64,000 nucleotides of DNA, taken from NCBI RefSeq assembly GCF_006345805.1, contig NC_043015.1, positions 18,600,001 to 18,664,000 of the forward strand. The letters run 5' to 3'. The notes under the pieces were generated by a model. The model saw only the letters and a list, made by a program, of their open reading frames with translations. It made no database searches and was not told where the DNA came from. Every line of letters starts with the position of its first letter. The first letter of the stretch is position 1. This DNA comes from Octopus sinensis (lineage: Eukaryota). The position numbers and the translations under genes were made by a program. Shown one piece after another: positions 37,401-50,580 of this stretch.

Positions 37401-38809
37401 ACCTTATATATATATATACATGCACAAAAATTTACAGTGGAACATAGGAACATTAGCAATCAAAAAGTGGGGGAAGCATAGAATACTAACCATGACTGCT
37501 AGCTTCCGAATCAATAGTAAAGTTGACGGATGGTTGAAAACAGAGGCATAAGGCAGCCTCCAGTTAAGTCTTCAGCAAGAGACATATACGCACCATCTCA
37601 TACAATATATACTCTACACACATGCACACATACATATGCAAAAAACCCAACAACGTTTGAAGAGTATAGAGACATATACACATGCGTAATCACATGTTAA
37701 GATGCAAAAATACGTACAAAACATACGCAAACATATATTCATACATTTGTAACCATATGTTCGCATGAATGTATTCACAAATCCCTGGAAGTATCTTGAC
37801 TCAAACAATGTCGTCTCACGTTGCTTGTGACCGGTTTTAAAACCTATTAATTTACACACACACACACACACACGCACACAAACACACACGAACACACACA
37901 CACTCTTACACACATACACATACACCCCTATCCACACAACATATATATGTAAACGTAATATTAAAAATGAAGTTTAAAGAAGTAAATATAAATCTAAAAT
38001 GATTTCTTGGTGTAACAACGAAGAGTTTGAGCTTACTAGAGTTTCGATATTGTGAATCCTCACCAGAGTTTGTTTAATTAATATCACCATAATATCCAGA
38101 GTGAGTAGCTCAAAATACCATAATCTAAACCTCTGAACCCGCCAGGCCGGTTTTCCAGCCTGAGCGGATACTATATATACCCGCTTAGCCGCTAAATATT
38201 TAACCAATAAAAGATCCTTTTACATCGCAGTTTAGGCTTCTATTTGCCGCTGAACTTCCGGGAGGGAGCTTCGAGAACATTTTAGACTTAAATTCCATGC
38301 TAAACTTCAGTTATAGAGGTAGAAGTGAGAAAATAAAATAAACAACTTGAAATAGGTATTTTATTTGTTTGTTTATGACAAATAGCCAGAAAAACTTTGA
38401 CATAAATAAAAATAAATCATAACTGAATTTTTTGCAAATTTTCATTGGGAGCTCAGGGTGGAGGTCATGTCAGGATGGGTTCATAGGGTCCAAAGGGTTA
38501 AGACGACATAAGCTTATTTGCGCGTGTGACCTGCACGACAATAAAGAAATTAATATGCCAACATTAGTATGGAAACTAACATTAGTATACAAATTAGTTT
38601 ATAAACATTATAATTATGAAGTACATTTTGGTCGACATATGCTACTTTCTTTCATTATCATTTCGAATAAAGTTAGCAAACTCTGACGAGGTGTAAAAAG
38701 TGCGATGTTGAAATCATTAACACGTTCCCCAAAATTTAAATTATATCCCCATGTTTGTGTCATCCGCAAAACTGTTTATTCAACACTGAAATACAATTCA
38801 GTAAACTGA

Positions 38810-38903
38810 AGTCATACGTACATACATACATACATACACACACAAACAAACGAGTACATACACAGGCACACACACATACGAGCGCACAAACACAGATATT
38901 TAT

Positions 38904-38986
<83 letters not shown>

Positions 38987-39094
38987 CATACATACATACA
39001 TACATACATATCTATATATATACATGCCTACATATCTGTCTATCTATCCATCTATCTATCAATCTATCTATCTATCTATCTATCTCTCTCTCTA

Positions 39095-39170
<76 letters not shown>
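38810..39170. repeat. Compound (CA)/(TA)/(TACA)/(TCTA)/(TC) microsatellite block
   Basis: Visible runs. Confidence 0.95.
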
Positions 39171-39619
39171 CTCCAAACAAACGTGCACATATAGAGGTTT
39201 GCACACATGCAGGTACACACGCACACATATACACATATCTGCACTGAAATCACAATTTTTATTTACTGCTATTGTATAATTTAGACAAAAACTACTACCA
39301 TTTCGCTAAATTCCGTTCAATGGAGTTCTTAATCCTTCTAAGTGCAGACACGAAAATTTCATTTGATTTCATTTTGAAGTTCAATGTTTAGATTTCGTCA
39401 GAGACTTTCAACACTTCTCTGCTATGGCTTCTGGTACAAATAAAGATATTTTATCGAGACCTCAACAGAATGATTAACAACGTTTCAAGTTTCGATTTGG
39501 TTATATTTCAAGCAACAATTCTGCGTTAATGGTGTCAAAAAAGCGCACAGAAATATTACAATTTTACAGGAAAGCTGGCAGACAAGTTTTAAAAACGGTC
39601 GACGTATATCATAATTTAT

Positions 39620-39750
39620 CGTTGTTGTTGTTGTTGTTGTTGTTCTTCTTCTTCTTCTTCTTCTTCTTCTTCTTCTTCTTCTTCTTCTTCTTCTTCTTCT
39701 TCTTCTTCTTCTTCTTCTTCTTCTTCTTCTTCTTCTTCTTCTTCTTCTTC
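39620..39750. repeat. (GTT)n(CTT)n microsatellite
   Basis: Visible run directly after the Dong 3' UTR on the minus strand. Confidence 0.97.
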
Positions 39751-39938
39751 TCGCTATTATTTTCATATACAAGAACAGATTAGACAGTTCGAAGAGAAAA
39801 AAATCCAAATATCGGGCAGCAACAAGTAACCTGAGATGCCAAGAACGATTCTAAGTATCCTAGCTGTCCCTAATAACGCTGTTTTCTGGAGCTGTACTAA
39901 ACTAGGTTTTGTGCCTATTTCCTCTATCCATCAGTTCA
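39751..39938 (-). mobile_element. Dong family B extreme 3' end and UTR
   Basis: Minus strand ...GGCATCTCAGGTTACTTGTTG...TGTATATGAAAATAATAG matches the end of copy B1 (42259-42345). 39828-39938 is the reverse complement of 48403-48513. Confidence 0.9.
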
Positions 39939-40295
39939 TTGAAATTGAGAAAATGTGGCATCTCAAGGCGGTTGCAATACCAGTGATCGTAGGAGCACTA
40001 GGAATGATCAAGAAGGGAACCGAAAATTATATGAGAATGATCCCTGGCTTACCATCCCTGCAAGAAGTGCAAAAGATTGTCTTAACTGGTACATCACACG
40101 TATTGAGAAGAGCATTGTCGATGTGAGAATTATTACTACCCATGTATTTTAATTTAACTTAAAAAAAAAAAATGAACGAACTATTGAGTCTAGTTTAATA
40201 GACTACCAATGTATACTATGAGTTTCTTTGCCCTAGGAGTCGGGAAGACACTCGGCAAGAAATGGAAGCAAATTTGAAAGAGGAAAAAAAAAGGT
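39938..40295 (+). mobile_element. Dong family A C-terminus and 3' UTR
   Basis: IEIEKMWHLKAVAIPVIVGALGMIKKG...VQKIVLTGTSHVLRRALSM* then UTR and (AAT)n tail 40296-40601. Confidence 0.9.
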
Positions 40296-40418
40296 AATAA
40301 TAATAATAATAATAATAGTAGTAGTAGTAGTAGTAGTAGTATAACAACATCAGCAACAGCAACAACAACAACAACAACAATAACAACAACAATAACAATA
40401 ACAATAACAATAATAATA

Positions 40419-40461
<43 letters not shown>

Positions 40462-40483
40462 TAATAATATAATAATAATAATA

Positions 40484-40519
<36 letters not shown>

Positions 40520-40533
40520 TAATAATAACAACA

Positions 40534-40576
<43 letters not shown>

Positions 40577-40601
40577 TAATAATAATAATGATAATAATAA
40601 T

Positions 40602-42340
40602 GGTTAAATGAATTTTTAGTATATTCAGTATAGCAGACAACATAAGAAAATTAATTAGCTGTAGCATGAAGAAATGGAAAGTAGGTCTCTACTCAGGTGA
40701 CACACTCTTAGGGAAAGTTAATATCAAAAGAGGAATTTTCTAGGGGGACGCATTGTTCCCTTTATATTTGTCTTATATTTGATCTCCCTCAATCTAATAT
40801 TAAGGAAGGCAAAAGCAGGGTATCAGTTCAGAAATAGTAAAGGAAAACTTAACCATTTGTTCTATATGGATGACCTGAAGCTTTTCAGTAAGAATGGAAA
40901 AAAGATAGATTCCTTAATACAGACTGTAAGACGCTTCAGCATGGAATTTGGCATTGATAAGTGTGCAATATTAGTCATGAGAAGAGGACAGATAGACAAC
41001 AGCGAAGGCATCCAATTACCAGATTGCCAGACATTAAAATCATTGAAAGGAGGAGAGAGTTATAAGTATCTAGGAGTATTAGAATATGACGGAGTACTAA
41101 CTACAGAAATGAAAACGAAAATTGAGAACGAATACATCAGAAGAGTGAGGAAACTAATGAAGTCAAAGCTATGTGGTCCGAATCTAGTGAAGGCTATAAA
41201 TACTTTAGCAATATCGTTACTTAGATACTCAGCAGCTTTTGTAGATAGGACAAAACTGAACTAGCAAAGCTAAACAGAAGAACTAGGAAGGAATTCAATA
41301 TGAATGAAGGACTGCATCCAAGGGCTGGAGTAGCAAGATTATACCTACCTAAAAAGGAAAACAGAAAAGGGTTAATGTAAGTAGAAGACTGCGTTGAGTT
41401 TGCTACAGTAGAAAATAGACTCATATATAGGTAATAGTGAAGAAGTTTATTAAAAGCTGCTAGAACCACAGCAAGACAGGGTAACCAAATATCCAAACGA
41501 ATTTAAAAACCAGAGAAAATGAACAGAATTTATCTGACTGGCAGGAGAAGGAGATGCCTGTAGATTCCAAAAGATAGTTGCAACAAATAGTAATAGTGAG
41601 ACATGGTTATGGTTGCAGAAAGGAAAGCTGAAAAGGGAGACAGAAAGTTTGTTAGTAGTTGCACAAGATCAAGCGTTAAGACAAAAACCAAGTAGATTCC
41701 TAATGTAGATTATATAAATCAAAAGAGGAAAGCGTTACTCATATAGTAAGTGAATGTAGCATGCTGACACAGAGAGAATACAAGAAAAGACATGACAATC
41801 TAGGGAGAGCAATCCACTGAGAGATATGTAGAAAGCTAGGATTTGAACATACTGATAAATGGTAAGAACATGAACTTAGTAAAGTACTAGAAAGTAAGAA
41901 CTATAATATGTTGTGGGACATCAACATTCAAACTGACAGAGTAATAGAAGCTAGAAGTCCTGATTTGGTAGTAGTAGATAAAGAGAATAGAAAGTGACGG
42001 ATAATTGATTTTACAGTCATATAAGATGAAAACATTAATATGAGAAGTATTAAAAAATAGCAAAGTACCAGGACCTAGCTAGTGAATTACAGAAACTATG
42101 GAAAGTGCAGGTAAAAGTATCCCAGTAGGTATAGGTGCATTGGAAGCTATCCTTAAAGATCAGAACTGATGGATAGAGGAAATAGACGTAAAACCCAATT
42201 TAGTACAGCTCCAGAAAACAGTGTTATTAGGGACAGCTAGGATACTTAGGAGGGTTCTTGGCATCTAAGGTTACTTGTTGTAGCCTGATGTTAGGATATT
42301 TTCTTTTTCTACAGCCTAAACTGTTGAGTGTATATGAAAA
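40602..42340 (+). mobile_element. Dong family B copy B1, 5'-truncated, degenerate
   Basis: GIF*GDALFP, HLFYMDDLKLF, YKYLGV, HPRAGVARLYL, IPVGIGALEAI, QLQKTVLLGTARILRRVLGI; UTR ending TATATGAAAATAATAAT. Confidence 0.92.
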
Positions 42341-42353
42341 TAATAATAGTAAT

Positions 42354-43166
42354 GAGACAGTTGGCCACATCCTCTCGGGTTGCCCAGTCCTTGCCAAGTC
42401 TGAATATATAGAGAGATACGACAGAGTTAGCTGTTATATCCACTGGACAACATGCCATTACAGGTTGTATAAGTATTCCCAAGCAAGGTACAAGACAACG
42501 ACAAGGCCACAATCATCTGAGATTTGTCGGTTCAAACCGGTAAAGAAATAAAAGCTAACCGCCCAGATATAATAGTCAAGGATTGGGGAAGAAACACCTG
42601 CTTACTGATTGACATTGCAGTCCCTTCTGATCAAAATATTCTTAAAAAAGAAGCGGAGAACAAAGCCCTCGAAATTGAAGTATTCTAAATGTGGTACATG
42701 AAGGTAAAAACAGTACCAATAATAGTCGAAGTACTGAGCATGATAAAAGAACATGTGAACAAAAACGTAGAAGCTCTACCTGGATCTTCAACACTACACA
42801 TTGTCCAAAAAAACAACCCTACTGGGAACAGCCCACATCCTACGCTAAACACCATCAACCCAATAATACAACCTAAATAAGACAACACACAAATACAAGA
42901 CACACTCTATACAACATTTATCCAGCGAAATAAACATCCACGAGCAAGCCAGAACATCAAACCATTACACACTCAACACACAATACAAGCAGTAACACAA
43001 CAAAAGACTGCACCACACCTCAAGAAAAAGAAAGGTAACTCAATACAGTACCGGGAAGAGTGTGCATACTCCCAACAACAGAAAAGAACACACGATGCTG
43101 CACACACCCCAACAACACGGAGGGGTAGCAGGTGATGCAGTAGAAATCTACCAAATATTAAACAGT

Positions 43167-43168
<2 letters not shown>
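42354..43168 (+). mobile_element. Dong 3' fragment (zinc knuckle end, RLE, long UTR)
   Basis: ETVGHILSGCPVLAKSEYIERYDRV, ANRPDIIV, LLIDIAVP, MWYMKVKTVPIIV; followed by (AAT)/(GAT)n 43169-43463. Confidence 0.87.
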
Positions 43169-43227
<59 letters not shown>

Positions 43228-43295
43228 TGATGATGATGATGATATTAATAATAATAATGATGATGATGATGATGATGATGATATTAATAATAATA

Positions 43296-43445
<150 letters not shown>

Positions 43446-43463
43446 TAATAATAATAATAATAA

Positions 43464-44019
43464 ATGCCCTGATGCAGTACCAGGCAGTGGCTCTCATGGC
43501 TTCTGATCTTAACTGATTGGAAGTGTTATCATGTACATTGTTTTGTCTTGGTATAAAAGATGGGCTACAGCAAATATTCTGCTCAATACCACAGATTTGC
43601 TTGTCAGTTGTTTGACCTTAACCAGTTGAGCATGTCCCTTAGTGGCTGACGATATGTGCATCTCTGATCACGAGCAGAAGTAGTGGGGGAGCATCATAGC
43701 CATGTGTTGAGAGGGATTCTTTGGGGTTTGAATAATTCACCTGTGGAAACATGGGTGGTTCTTTCAACATCCTTAAACAACCCTTATTCAGGGACCTTTT
43801 GAGCGGGATGGGCTACTCAACCTGAAGAAAATTCTAACTGGGCCCCACCTGCAAGGTCATGTGCTGTTTATCTTGATATGAGATCACCATGTCGTGCACA
43901 TATGGTTATGACGCATGTGCCTGGTGTACCTTTATCAGACGGGTAGTCATGATGGGTATATTGGGCTTCGTATATTTTACCCCAGTGTCACTTTGATGGC
44001 ATGCACTGCTCTCTCACTC
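43464..44019 (+). mobile_element. ~556-bp non-coding interspersed element flanked by AAT tracts (most complete copy)
   Basis: AATAATAA|ATGCCCTGATGCAG ... GCACTGCTCTCTCACTC|AATAATAAT. Related copies at 33114-33523 and 59772-60245, and a 36-bp piece at 15278-15313. Confidence 0.85.
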
Positions 44020-44034
44020 AATAATAATAATAAT

Positions 44035-44316
44035 ATGACAGGTTAGCTTGGGAAGTTAAGCAATTGTGGACGATGAAAAGGTAGCAGTAATACCAATAAT
44101 TCTCGGAGCCCTAGGAATAGTGAGCAAAAATCTCGAAAAGTACGTGGAACAAATAGGGGCTGCAATAATAGTGGAGCACTTGCAGAAAACAGCACTGCTT
44201 GGAACCGCTCGAATACTCCGGAAGGTGCTCGAAAAATAAGAGGTGTTACCTTAATTCACTGGTAGTGAACAGCTGACACTGTAGTACATCTCCAGCGTTA
44301 AAAGCTGTGCAAAGGC
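44035..44316 (+). mobile_element. Dong 3' end (family shared with 15317-15820)
   Basis: IPIILGALGIVSKNLEKYVEQIG..HLQKTALLGTARILRKVLEK* plus UTR and AAT tail 44317-44404. Confidence 0.9.
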
Positions 44317-44395
<79 letters not shown>

Positions 44396-44404
44396 GTAAT
44401 AATA

Positions 44405-44772
44405 AATTCTTTCTAATCGATGTATTAATACCAACAGATGACAACGTTTCTCTAAAAGAAATGGAGAAATCAATATGCAAAGACATGGAAATAGAGGTAT
44501 CTGGAATGTAGAGTCTAAAAGCAGAAAAATTCCTATTATAATTAGGTATGATAAAAAAATATTCAGAAAGATACATACGAAAAACACCAGGACTAACAAG
44601 TATATACATAACATACAGAAAATAGCACTACTAGGCACCGCACACATCCTACGTAAAACACTTTCAATACAGTAACAATAAGAGCATCACAACAAACCAC
44701 AGCACATACCTAAAGCATACAGAGCTGCGCTCGGTAGTGCAGTGAAAGCACGATATAAAAATAAAACTACTC
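44405..44772 (+). mobile_element. Dong 3' end (family shared with 2955-3215)
   Basis: FLIDVLIPTDDNVSLKEMEK...NIQKIALLGTAHILRKTLSIQ* plus UTR ending AAACTACTC|AATAATAAT. Confidence 0.9.
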
Positions 44773-44810
44773 AATAATAATAAACCTTTGTTCGATTCCT
44801 TTCTCAACAG

Positions 44811-44902
44811 CATCCGTTGCTCGCAGAACATAATTCTTCCGTTCTGTTGCTAGATGTCGTAAATACCTGCGAAGGCGTCATCGAAAACGTCAAACTATCC
44901 AG
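44811..44902 (+). CDS. Candidate isolated 92-bp exon (unverified)
   Basis: Polypyrimidine acceptor CCTTTGTTCGATTCCTTTCTCAACAG| and donor CAG|GTATGT. One open frame HPLLAEHNSSVLLLDVVNTCEGVIENVKLS. No recognisable domain and no partner exons. Confidence 0.22.
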
Positions 44903-45894
44903 GTATGTCTCCAATTTCAATTTTCGCTACTCGACGGCCAATGTATATAGGTGACGGCCAATGTATATAGGTGCCAGGAACAGCTCTTAATTTTTTAATG
45001 TCAAAGTGGAGTGTTTCCTTACCGCTTCCTTCTCCGACACTGTGTCAAGTCTCGCTCTACAGTGCCACATCGCTTTCCCTTTGTGATGTATGTTTCCGTG
45101 TCCCACGCTAGTCTTAGATACTTTTCAATTTGTTGCCCGCTCTAGTTTACGACATTTTATTCCTATTGTTTTGTATATTATTGTTTTTTTTTGTGGTGCG
45201 TCCTCCACAATGGCTTCAGAGATATTAAGAGTAACACCTTCCATTTCTTTTTAACATTTTTCTTGCGTTTTTAAATCGTCCATAAGACAGCATTACATTT
45301 TCTTATGCAACGGTGAAATCGTTGACGCTCGATTTGTGGTTTTTGTCATTCTCAACGACTGTGTTGGTGGTAGTGGTGGCGGTGGTGGTTGATCTTGCAC
45401 GTGTTATGTGTGAGAAATTTTCTTCCTTTTCCTTATTATTTTGTTTGTTGCTGTCGTTGCTTTGATCGGCGTTGGTGATGGCAGTGGTGTTGTTTTCTTT
45501 TTTCTTTTATATTTTTGTTGATGTTGTTGCTGCTGCTTATGATGATGAGGATGATGATTTTGCTGCTAGTATCTCTTCCTATGCTTCATAGATCAACCGA
45601 GGAGTAGTGTGATCGCGAAAAACAATTTCGCCTTCAAAACCACTTCCCACCTTCCTCACTTCTCGGTTTGGCAATGAAGACGACGCCATATTAAATTTTA
45701 ATCAATATTTTCTTTTCGAAATTTCACAACCTCGAGCAGATAGCAATAACTTTTGCTCAAATCCTTATGATCTTCACAAAATACGGCAGACTATAACAAA
45801 AAAGGAAACACAAGTAGACTTATAACAATGAAAACAAGTCAATAACTCCAGAGCGTTCGCGATACTTCTAGTCTTGGCGATAAACAATAATAAT

Positions 45895-46112
45895 AATTCC
45901 TTTCTACTATAGGCACAAGGCCTAAGAATTTGAGGGAAGGGGTTAGTCGATTACACCGATCCCAGTGCGTAACTGGTACTTATTTTATTGATCACGATAG
46001 GATGAAAGGCGAAGTCCGACTCGGTGGAATTTGAACTCAGAACGTAACGACGGATGAAGTGCCGCTGAGCACTTTTCCCGACGTGCTAACGGTTCTGCCA
46101 GATCGCCGCCGC
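45895..46112 (-). mobile_element. SINE family 1 copy
   Basis: Reverse-oriented family-1 body between short AAT runs. Confidence 0.88.
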
Positions 46113-46167
46113 CTTCAATATTAATAATAATAATAATAGTAATGATGATGATGATGATGATGATGAT

Positions 46168-48513
46168 GCAGTGAAGGAAGACGTAGTGAGTGAGAAGCAA
46201 CCAGATTTAAAACTAACTAGTGCAGTAATGAGTAAAGTGTTAGAACCAGGACCAGATTTAGTTCAGGGGTACTGGCTAAAGAAATTTAGTAGTTTACATG
46301 GGAGGCTAAGGGAACAACTTCAGGAATTTCCTTAATGGAGGAATAATACCAGATTGGATGACTAGAGGTAGGACAATACTCATTATGAAAGTTAAGAGTA
46401 GCACTGGATTAACCATTAAGCAAAATATGCACGTGCTTAAGGCATCACAGAAATAGTAAATGGTTTACGACACAAAAGAAATCATTTTAAACTTGCTAAA
46501 ATAATATTTGGGATGCCTTATCTCTACTAAGTATAGAACCAGATGTATTATATAAGACTAATTTTGAGCATCTTTCAAAGACTTTCGAATTAAAAAAAGG
46601 AGAAAACATTTCAAATATAAAGTGGAAGTAAGCAAAAATAAACATTATTTTCTATCTTACTGTTAGATTTGTCTTATTTTGAAAAATGAAAAATTCTTTT
46701 ATGGTTTATTAAGAGAAAGGTTACAGGATGAGGGCTAGAGGAACGCATGATCCATTACATATAGACAATGCATTTCTAAAAATAACAGCTAGAAAGAAAA
46801 ATCTAACAATAGCATGAATAGATTATAGGAAAGCCTATGACATGATCCCATACTCACAGAAAAGTGAATGTTTGAGTATATTCAGTATAGCAGACAACAT
46901 AAAAGAATTAATTAGCTGTAGCATGAAGAAATGGAAAGTAGGTCTCTACTCAGGTGACACACTCTTAGGGAAAGTTAATATCAAAAGAGGAATTTTCTAG
47001 GGGGACGCATTGTTCCCTTTATATTTGTCTTATGTTTGATCTCCCTCAATCTAATATCAAGGAAGGCAAAAGCAGGTTATCAGTTCAGAAATAGTAAAGG
47101 AAAACTTAACCATTTGTTCTATATGGATGACCTGAAGATTTTCAGTAAGAATGGAAAAAAGATAGATTCCTTAATACAGACTGTAAGACGCTTCAGCATG
47201 GAATTTGGCATAGATAAGTGTGCAATATTAGTCATGAGAAGAGGACAGATAGACAACAGCGAAGGCATCCAATTACCAGATTGCCAGACATTAAAATCAT
47301 TGAAAGGAGGAGAGAGTTATAAGTATCTAGGAGTATTAGAATATGACGGAGTACTAACTACAGAAATGAAAACGAAAATTGAGAACGAATACATCAGAAG
47401 AGTGAGGAAACTAATGAAGTCAAAGCTATGTGGTCCGAATCTAGTGAAGGCTATAAATACTTTAGCAATATCGTTACTTAGATACTCAGCAGCTTTTGTA
47501 GATAGGACAAAAACTGAACTAGCAAAGCTAAACAGAAGAACTAGGAAGGAATTCAATATGAATGAAGGACTGCATCCAAGGGCTGGAGTAGCAAGATTAT
47601 ACCTACCTAGAAAGGAAAACAGAAAAGGGTTAATGTAAGTAGAAGACTGCGTTGAGTTTGCTACAGTAGAAAATAGACTCATATATAGGTAATAGTGAAG
47701 AAGTTTATTAAAAGCTGCTAGAACCACAGCAAGACAGGGTAACCAAATATCCAAACGAATTTAAAAACCAGAGAAAATGAACAGAATTTATCTGACTGGC
47801 AGGAGAAGGCGTTGCATGGTAGATTCCCAAAGAGTGTTGCAGCAAACAGTAATAGTGAGACATGGTTATGGTTGCAGAAAGGAAAGCTAAAAAGAGAGAC
47901 AGAAATGTATTAGTAGTTTCTCAAGATCAAGCATTAAGGACTGATTGGATAAAAGCCAAGATGGACAAAAGCCAAGTAGATTCCTAATGTAGATTACGCA
48001 AATCAAAAGAGGAAAGCGTTACTCATATAGGAAGTAAATGTAGCATGCTGGCACGGAAAGAATACAAGAAAAGACATGACAATCTAGAAAGAGTGATCCA
48101 GTGGGAGTTATGTAGAAAGCTAGGATTTGAACATATTGGTAAATGGTATGAACATGAACCTAATACATTACTAGAAAGTAAGAAATACAAGATGTTGTGG
48201 GACATTCAGACTGACAGAGTAATAGAAGCTAAAAGAGATTAGAAAATGACAGATAACTGACTTAACAGTCCCAAATGAATATGAGAAGTATAAAAAAATA
48301 GCAAAGTACCAGGACCTAGCTAGTGAATTACAGAAACTATGGAAAGTGCAGGTAAAAGTATCCCAGTAGGTATAGGTGCATTGGAAACTATCCCTAAAGA
48401 TCTGAACTGATGCATAGAGGAAATAGGCACAAAACCTAGTTTAGTACAGCTCCAGAAAACAGCGTTATTAGGGACAGCTAGGATACTTAGAATCGTTCTT
48501 GGCATCTCAGGTT
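46168..48513 (+). mobile_element. Dong family B copy B2, degenerate, with an AT-rich interruption at about 46400-46715, cut at its stop codon region
   Basis: PGPDLVQGYWLKKF..PDWMTRGRTILIMK (46250-46400), IDYRKAYDMIP, ORF 47036-47638, WELCRKLGF..WYEHEP, QLQKTALLGTARILRIVLGI. Sequence switches to family A at 48514. Confidence 0.92.
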
Positions 48514-50009
48514 GTCAAACTCTTTCGCTGAGATATTATGATCACAGGGGATGCTCATGTCGATCAATAATCAAACTTTATTGTTTTGGTCTTTCACAAT
48601 ATCAGGTTTATTGGCCTTGATGGTTCGGTCTGTATGTACTGGAAAGTCCCACAGAATGGTTACATTTTATCCTTCAGTTACAGCCTCAGGGTGGTGATTA
48701 TACCACTTGTCGGTAGTTTTGATATTGTAATGCCGACTTATTAGCCAGTGTAGATATTGGCCAACTCTGTCATGTCTTAATTTATACTCCACTGGTGCTA
48801 AGACTTTACATCCAGAGACTAGGTGGTCCACTGTTTCAATCATGTCGTTGCAGAATCGGCATTTTAGGTCTGCTCCATTTTTCATCACATTGGCCTGGTA
48901 GTTCCGGGTTAATAGGCTTTGATCTTGAGCGGCCAGGATGAAACCTTCGCTCTCTGCTTTTAGCCCTGAGCTCCGTAGCCACTGATGGGTTTGCTTCTGG
49001 TCAACATCAGCTTGTTTGCTGCGGGCCACATATTTGCCATGCAGAGGTTTCTCCTCCCACCTATCAGCCAATTGCTCGTGCGCTTTTTTCGTTGCCATTA
49101 GTTTCACCTTCTTTGCAACAATAGTTGCCATACTTCCCTTGGGTTGTTCAGTTTGAATATCCTGCACGAGATCAATAGCAAATATTTTGCTTTCCATTAT
49201 GATGGAATGAAGCTTCTTTCGTCTCTCGTGATCTTCCACGAGCTTTAGCATCCAGTCATTCGTTATTTCAAGATATTTGGCCAGTCCAATTGTGGTTGTT
49301 TTGTAAGCTAGTTCAAATTGGATCAGGCCTCGACCTCCTTGGGCTCTGGGAAGGTAAAGGCGATCTACGTCTGCCTTTGGGTGGTGCATCCTATTACAAC
49401 TCAGCAGCTTGCGTATTTTCCTATCTATATTCTTTACTTCACTCATATTCCAGTTCAACACATTGTAGCTATAAGTAACAACTGGAACTGGTAAGGAATT
49501 TATAGCTAACACCTTGTTACGTGCATTTAGTTCAGATTTCAGGACTGCACGAACTCTCCTATAACATTCCTTCCTGATCTTCTCTTTCATGCTTGCATGC
49601 TGAATACCAGAGCCTTCATTTATCCCTAAATATTTGTATGTTTGTTCTTGCTCAAGCTCTCTTATGACTGTGTCAATATCTAACACGACTGAATTTGTGG
49701 TCTTCACTTTCCCTTTCTGGAAAGTGGCCTTGGCACACTTCTCAAGTCCAAACTCCATCCCGTTGTCATCGCTGAATGCTTTCACAGTGCGCAATAGGCC
49801 TTCAAGTTCATTATTGTCTTTATCATAGAGTTTTAAGTCATCCATATAAAATAGATGGCTTATTTTTTTATTGGCAATTTTATACCCATACCCTGTTCTG
49901 TTTAATTCACTTGTAAGGGGTATTAGGACTATGCAGAATATTAAAGGTGAAAGTGAGTCACCTTGAAAAATTCTACAGTTGATGTTTATATTTTCTGAGG
50001 CAAGTACTC

Positions 50010-50010
<1 letters not shown>
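48514..50010 (-). mobile_element. Dong family A, relatively young 5'-truncated copy lacking its last ~70 codons
   Basis: ORF 48667-50124 (poly-N from the AAT tract, then RIFQGDSLSPL, HLFYMDDLKLY, HPKADVDRLY..GGRGL, EGFILAAQDQ, CRFC..ETVDHLVSGC, RHD). Continues through two stops to ANKPDIV..LLIDMSIP..KEFD at 48514. Confidence 0.95.

Positions 50011-50086
<76 letters not shown>
50011..50086. repeat. (ATT)n tract at the 5' truncation point of Dong A
   Basis: Visible run. Confidence 0.97.
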
Positions 50087-50580
50087 GGGCAGTGAGCTGG
50101 TTGAATCGTTAGCACGTCGGACAAAATGCTTAGCAGTATTTCTTCAGACTCTTTACGTTCTCACTTGAAATTTCGCCGACGTCAACTTTGCTTTTCATCC
50201 TTTCAGAATCAATGAAATAAGCACTTTTTGAGCATAGGGTCAATGTAATCGACTAATCCCTTCTCCCTAGAATTACTGGCCACGTGTCAAAATTAGAAAC
50301 ACTTGTTACTATTCTGGCATCCATCAGGCGAAATCGTTAACATGCCGGAAAAAATGCTTAGCGGCCTTTTTTGCAGCTTTACGCCGGTGAGCTAGTGGAA
50401 TCGCTTGAGCTTCGAAAAAAATAACTTATGGTATTTCTTCTGGTTCTTTACATTTTAAGTTCAAATCCCGCGAGATCAACTTTACCATTCCTTTTTTCAG
50501 ATCAATAAAATAATGTACCACCAAGGTGATAGTGTCGATGGAATCGCCTTACCTCACCCCTAAAAATTACTGGCCTTGGA
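50087..50580 (+). mobile_element. SINE family 1 copy followed by further degenerate copies
   Basis: GTGAGCTGGTTGAATCGTTAGCACG... at 50095, with repeated AAATGCTTAGC / AGTTCAAAT words downstream. Confidence 0.8.

Noticed and set aside
43464-44019. HDV-like or hammerhead ribozyme inside the 556-bp element
   Set aside because: I could not fit either consensus by eye on either strand. Left as a computational test.
46400-46715. AT-rich interruption of Dong B2 as a distinct transposon
   Set aside because: It replaces part of the RT, but I could not see TIRs, a TSD or a second copy. It is noted only as an interruption.
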